From positions 390,001-422,000 of the forward strand of contig CP013062.1 in assembly GCA_001430755.1 (NCBI GenBank): a stretch of 32,000 bases of DNA. Direction: 5' to 3'. The translations under genes were made by a program, and so were the position numbers. The notes under the pieces were generated by a model. It was given only the letters and a program-made list of their open reading frames with translations, ran no database searches and was not told the origin of the DNA. How positions within the stretch are numbered: the first letter of the stretch is position 1; the number at the start of each line of letters is the position of its first letter. Below, one piece after another: positions 30,906-32,000 of the stretch. Source of the DNA: Candidatus Peribacter riflensis (GTDB lineage: Bacteria; Patescibacteriota; Gracilibacteria; Peribacterales; Peribacteraceae).

Positions 30906-31628
30906 TCAGTTCAGCAGGCCGTCGATGGCGTCCTTGAAGTTCTGCAGCGGCTGCGCACCCGAAACCACGGCAACCTTCTTGGTCTTGTGGTTGACGATGA
31001 CGTTGCCCGGGGTGCCCTGCACTCCGGCTGCGGTACCTGACTGCATCATCGCGGCGGTCTTCGACGCGTACTTGCCGCTATCCACACAGGACTGGAAGGC
31101 GGTCTGATTGAGGCCGATTTCTTTGGCGTAGGTTCCGAGCTGAGTGAGGTCGGATCCTTTCTCGTAAATCATATCGACCAAGGCCCAGAACTTGTCGTTG
31201 CCGCCCAGTTCTGCGGCGCACTCCGTGGCTTCTGCAGCTTTCTGTGCATTCGGGTGAAAGGAGAGCGGATAGTGTCGGTACGCCCAATTCACTTTGTCGC
31301 CGTAATCCTTGAGGAGCTGCGTGATGGTGGGGTGCACGCGAGCGCAGAAGGGGCACTCGAGGTCGGAGTACTCAATGATCGTAATATCTGCATCGGCGTC
31401 GCCGCGCACGTGATCCGTGTCGTCGAGAGCCTTCACGTCGGCATACTCCGGCACAGGATCTTCAGCGGGGGCCGTGGGAGTCGGCTGAACCTGGGCTGTC
31501 GGGGCTGCGGGTCCCTGAACGGACGTTCCGGCCATTTTGGAACCGGTGAAACCGACGATAACGCCGACCAGGACCATCGTGATACCGAACCACATCTTGG
31601 TTTCCTGCTGAGGGGTGGACGTTGTCAT
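30906..31628 (-). CDS. DsbA-family thiol:disulfide oxidoreductase, membrane-anchored
   Basis: I place the start at ATG 31628 (MTTSTPQQETKMWFGITMVLVGVIVGF, a TM anchor). The thioredoxin-fold active site is CPFC (YSDLECPFCARVHP). Confidence 0.88.
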   Translation of the reverse strand: MTTSTPQQETKMWFGITMVLVGVIVGFTGSKMAGTSVQGPAAPTAQVQPTPTAPAEDPVPEYADVKALDDTDHVRGDADADITIIEYSDLECPFCARVHPTITQLLKDYGDKVNWAYRHYPLSFHPNAQKAAEATECAAELGGNDKFWALVDMIYEKGSDLTQLGTYAKEIGLNQTAFQSCVDSGKYASKTAAMMQSGTAAGVQGTPGNVIVNHKTKKVAVVSGAQPLQNFKDAIDGLLN

Positions 31629-31785
31629 ATAGGTGAGAAAGGAAAGAAAATTACCAAGGCAGTATAGCGATTTTTTGCCGCGATTCCAGAGGGAATTCCT
31701 GCGGCACCCATTCAGCAAAATGACCGCAAATACCCTTGAGAATCGGACGAATAAACCATGGCTGGCACTCCTGCGCGAGGGCAGA

Positions 31786-32000
31786 TCACATCGCTTTCTG
31801 CTCGGCGCTCGCATGCACCGCTGTTTCGTATTTCTTTGCCAGGGAGCGCGGCAGGCTGGTGTAGCGGGAGGTAATCACCCGCTTCTTCTCCCTGCCATCT
31901 GCGAAGGTGATGCGCTGGACCCAGGCGATTTCGTTTCCGCGCGGCGTACGCTCTTCGGCGGGGTAGTCCGTGAAGTCGGAGCTGGAGAAGAACGGGCCGA
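31786..32000 (-). CDS. C-terminal 70 codons of an unidentified protein (5' end off window)
   Basis: My translation of the open frame is GPFFSSSDFTDYPAEERTPRGNEIAWVQRITFADGREKKRVITSRYTSLPRSLAKKYETAVHASAEQKAM, with a TGA stop at 31786-31788. Third codon positions are G/C-rich, as in the neighbouring genes. Confidence 0.5.
   Translation of the reverse strand, partial: GPFFSSSDFTDYPAEERTPRGNEIAWVQRITFADGREKKRVITSRYTSLPRSLAKKYETAVHASAEQKAM

Noticed and set aside
29834-30937. 367-aa plus-strand ORF (with 28195-29013 minus and 24751-25461 minus as similar cases)
   Set aside because: Each is a shadow ORF opposite a gene that has a signal peptide or lipobox and a sensible domain sequence. Their products are Arg/Gly-rich and lack motifs.

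Overview
This 32-kb window is a high-GC bacterial chromosome segment (68% G+C in one hand-counted groEL row). It is densely packed with housekeeping genes on both strands. In order these are mnmA (partial), prfA, an ACP-like carrier protein, purD, purF, folD, rlmN and tmk. Next come a small membrane protein translationally coupled to a membrane-anchored double-ring Clp/Hsp100-like AAA+ ATPase, an MFS transporter, and groES-groEL with a CIRCE operator. A SixA-like histidine phosphatase carries an in-frame TGA. The rest is an SLH/Calx-beta envelope protein, a HAD phosphatase, tRNA-Leu(CAG), an O-antigen-ligase/TPR membrane protein, lipoproteins, ilvA, tRNA-Pro(CGG), a GerMN protein, recG, a DsbA-family oxidoreductase, and several hypothetical secreted or membrane proteins. 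No rRNA, CRISPR array, transposase or integrase was seen. Taxonomy cannot be established from the sequence alone. The lack of Shine-Dalgarno sequences, the Ser/Pro-rich linkers and the SLH envelope protein would fit a small-genome uncultivated lineage, but that is only inference. Six observations stand out. (1) A roughly 1.2-kb low-GC insertion directly downstream of groESL carries a signal-less trypsin-fold serine protease and a 61-aa single-pass membrane protein. (2) A leader peptide rich in Ile/Thr codons, with terminator and antiterminator pairings, lies upstream of ilvA. (3) Arrays of four tandem GNATACT heptamers sit in front of purD, folD and rlmN. (4) Start codons across the window lie 6-13 nt downstream of -10 boxes, which implies leaderless mRNAs, and the few long leaders are pyrimidine-rich. 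(5) Families of GC-rich hairpin repeats are present, including one inserted in-frame in rlmN. (6) A telomere-like (CCCTAA)n tract spans the stop codons of two convergent genes. All functional calls come from motif recognition by eye; no database search was run.
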